From assembly GCF_009914755.1 (NCBI RefSeq), contig NC_060936.1: 64,000 nt of DNA; one strand, given 5' to 3'. A program made the translations under genes and the position numbers. Source of the stretch: the human T2T-CHM13v2.0 reference genome, Homo sapiens. The notes beneath the pieces are model-generated. The model was not told the origin of the DNA, searched no databases, and was given only the letters and a program-made list of their open reading frames with translations. Positions within the stretch are counted from its first letter, which is position 1, and each line of letters starts with the position of its first letter. Shown piece after piece: positions 60,332 to 64,000 of this stretch.

Positions 60332-60921
60332 GTATGAACATTTTTTTTCTTGCATTAAACTTCTGTACCTGAGACAAATGCATGTATGGCATTATTCTAA
60401 AGATAGGAAAGTCCTCCTTTAGTAGGATATTACAGAATTAACATTTATCTGTTAGCTGTTTAAGTTCTCTCTGAGATAGGATAGGTCTGAATATCAACTT
60501 TCTTACATAAAAAAGTAAATGGGCCGGGCGCAGTGGCTCACACCTATAATCCTAGCAGTTTGGGAGGCTGAGGCAGGCGGATCACAAGGTCAGGAGATCA
60601 AGATCATCTTGGCTAACACAGTGAAACCCCATCTCTACTAAAAATGAAAAAAAAAAAAAGGCGTGGTGGCAGGCACCTGTAGTCCCAGCTACTCAGGAGG
60701 GTGAGGCAGGAGAACGGCGTGAACCTGGGAGGCAGAGCTTGCCGTGAGCCGAGATCGTGCCACTGCACTCCAGCCTGGGTGACAGAGCAAGACTCCGTCT
60801 CAAAAAAAAAAGTAAGTAAATGATTGGCTGGGCGCAGTGGTTCACGCCTGTAGTCCCAGCACTTTGGGAGGCTGAGGCGGGTGGATCACCTGTGGTCGGG
60901 AGTTCAAGACCAGCCTGATCA

Positions 60922-61115
<194 letters not shown>

Positions 61116-62705
61116 TTAAAAAAAGTAAATGATTTAGGGGCAAATATATATTGATTTTTATTGTAAGTGTACTATATGCTACACACTGTTGCAGATTCTG
61201 AGGATAAGCCAATAAAAGATTTCCTACTCTTGTGGCAATTACATTCTAGAAAGGGAGACAGATTAAATAAGCAAAACATAGTATGTAGACAGTAATAAGC
61301 AGGAAAGGGGGAGATAAGAATTGGTGGGAAGGAATTTGAAATTTTAGGTAGTACCCAGGGAAGATTTTGCTGAAAAGGTGGCAGTTGATTATTTTGGAAC
61401 TGAGGGAATGAGTCATTTGGGTATCTGGCAGAACATTTCTAGGCAGAGGACACAGCCTGAGGAGAGGCCCTGAGTAGAAGCTTTCCTAGTATATTCAGGA
61501 AACAGCAAGGAAGCCTTTGTGTCTGGAGCTTATTGAAGGACCGGAGAAGAGTTTGATATGAAGTCAGAGTAGACCACAACGGGTAGGGCATTGTGGGCTG
61601 TTTTGGCTTTTGCTCTTAGTTAGATGATGAGCTCTTGGAGGAGTTTAAGCAGAAGAGTGATAAGGTCTGACTTGTTTCAGCAGCATCACTTAGGCTGCTC
61701 TGCTAAGAATAGACCAAAGAGGCCGGGTGCAGTGGCTCACGCTGTAATCCCAGCACTTTGGGAGGCCGAGGCAGGCGGATCACAAGGTCAGGAGATCGAG
61801 ACCATCCTGGCTAACACGGTGAAACCCTGTCTTTACTAAAAATACAAAAAATTAGCCGGGCGAGGTGGCGGGCGCCTGTAGTCCCAGCTACTTTGGGAGG
61901 CTGAGGCAGGAGAATGGCGTGAATCCAGGAGGCAGAGCTTGCAGTGAGCCGAGATCGCACCGCTGCACTCCAGCCTGGATAACAGAGGGAGACTCCGTCT
62001 CAAAAAAAATGGAGTTGCCATTGCCAGAGGTGGGAAGACTATGGAGGAACAGAATTCCTCAGTTTTCTCATATTGATGGCTTCTCTTGCAAGACTGGTAA
62101 AAATGAAGGCAGTAGCAAGAAGAAGAGAAAGCCTGGTCTGGGAACAGGCCTGCTCAGAGACACCCAGTGCTGCCCCACTCATTGCTCCTTGACTTTCAAG
62201 TGATTTCCCTGACACACAAACCCCTAACTTGGTAAGTCCATTTTGGCTGGTAGCTACTCCATCACTGTCAGTGGTTGAATAAGAACCCTCAAGTCTGGTT
62301 TTATATTCAGTCTACATGGTTGTCCCTGAACGGGACCTTCCTGGGATAGGATCATGTCTGAGCGGGTGGGGAGCTCTTCTCTAGATGTTAACAAAATTAG
62401 TAAGTTTAGATGCTAGAGCACTCCTGCAGAGCCCAAGTGTTCTATGCTCCTTTCCTGTGGCTAAAAATTTCAGCCCTCACATATCAAAAGACTGGGTTTT
62501 CTCTTCTGTTACCATACACTTACTATAATGACTTTAGAACTAGACTTGAATAGAAATCTAGCAGTGTAATCCATTGCTTTACAAATTTCATGCTCAGCTG
62601 TTGGTAAGATGCCTTATTTGTATATGAGGTTGCTCAAAGGTGATTTCTTTTTTTTTAACAGTGTGAGATGATGTTCATGCTTTTGTATTTCACTTTTATA
62701 TCTAG

Positions 62706-62789
62706 AAAATTCACCCAAACAAGAAGCTGGAATTAGTGAGGGTCAAGGAACAGCAGGGGAAGAAGAGGAGAAGAAAAAACAGAAGAGAG
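62706..62789 (+). CDS. DENR: DENR exon 5: (E)[27 protein letters not shown]; the gene continues beyond the window
   Basis: TCTAG| acceptor, |GTAAGA donor, 84 nt; contains the S73-P CDK-type site. Confidence 0.96.
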
Positions 62790-64000
62790 GTAAGACCTAA
62801 ATTCACATCTTGATTTGTACAGTCATACCGTCACTGCGATAGAAAATGTAAGTAATTAAAATGGTTCCCAAAGCTAGGCACAATGGTGGGCGCCTATAGT
62901 CACAGCTTCTTAGGGGGCTGAGGCAGGAGGATCACTTAAGCCCAGGAGTTCAAGGCTGTAGTATGCAATGATCGTTCCTCCACATAGCCACTGCACTCTA
63001 TCCTGGGCAACATAGTGAGACCTCATCCCTTACAAAAAGGGGGAGGTTCCCAACATTAATACCATGTACCTGTTATTGTAATTCCCCATGTATATCATAC
63101 AAAGGGGCACATACTAATAGGATCATGGTTGGATGTGGTATGATTTGGGCTGTGTCAGTAAATTGGACCTAGGAAAACATGCTTATTTGCCCTGTTTGTA
63201 TGTAAAAAACAGCTAAAATTCCTGTGTCTTCTATTTAAGTAGAGTGAGGACATTTATATAAAAAATTTTATCTTCTCATTACTTCTGATAGCTCAGTTGA
63301 AAACTTTGTTTTACGGCTGTTGCATACACTTGACTCCTTCTCAAACCAACTCCTGGTGCTGTGGATCCTGTACCCACCTGTTTCATTTTCATTCATTATT
63401 CTCCCCTATGACTAAAATTCACTTATAAATATTTTTAGGACTTTGCATCTTCAAAAAAAAAAAAAACTCTCCCCAAAGCTCATGTCTTTCTTTACCTTAT
63501 CCCTCTCCTTCCCTTAGCCAGATTTCTTTACTAAGGCCAGACTCACTATCCCCGCTTCTGTTCTGTGGTACACTGTTCACTCCTCAGTCCATCCTAACCT
63601 GACTTCCTGGCCACTGCAGCTCTTCCGATAAGGGTCAGCAGTGGCTTAGTTATTGCTAAATAATAAGCGCACATGCACTCCCTCTTTCCTGAAACATTGT
63701 CCCTCCTTGGTTTCTGTTCCTTCCTAGGTCTCCTATCACTCCTCCTTAGTCTTCTGTGCGGACTTCTGTTCCTTCTGCCCTTTAAAAGTTGGTATTTTCC
63801 AGGATTCTGTCCTAGGCCCACTTACTTCTCATTCTGCACGTTCTTGTTGGATGATTCTATCACATCCCTAACTTCTGCTGCCCAGTATGCACTTAAAATT
63901 CCCAAATCTGTATATCTGGATCTGGCCTGTGTCTCTAGCCTAGAAGTGTGCTTTATCCCAGAAGCACCTCAAACACTGCACTTTGGAAATTAAGCTTACT

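Overview
Human genomic DNA that I recognise as the HCAR cluster next to DENR (chr12q24.31, from recalled protein sequences; no database search was run). The minus strand carries three intronless hydroxycarboxylic-acid GPCR genes: the 5' 694 nt of the HCAR2 CDS (cut by the window edge), complete HCAR3 (387 aa) and complete HCAR1 (346 aa). HCAR2 and HCAR3 lie in a recent tandem duplication with a 13,427-bp offset, and homology ends in an Alu tail. The plus strand carries the DENR CpG-island promoter and exons 1-5, including a GC-AG intron followed by a 20-nt microexon. The rest is very Alu-rich, with a truncated LTR8/HUERS-P1-type provirus, a 5'-truncated SVA, an HERV-K LTR5 solo LTR, THE1, MLT, L1, MER44-like and MADE1 pieces. 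I cannot support any new protein-coding system. The best leads are regulatory hypotheses: (1) an ERV splice donor in sense with a T-tract/AG acceptor ahead of HCAR2, (2) a uORF in the leader of the reinitiation factor DENR, (3) a frameshifting, zinc-ligand-encoding DENR microexon behind a GC donor, and (4) an HCAR3 haplotype carrying HCAR2-like residues.
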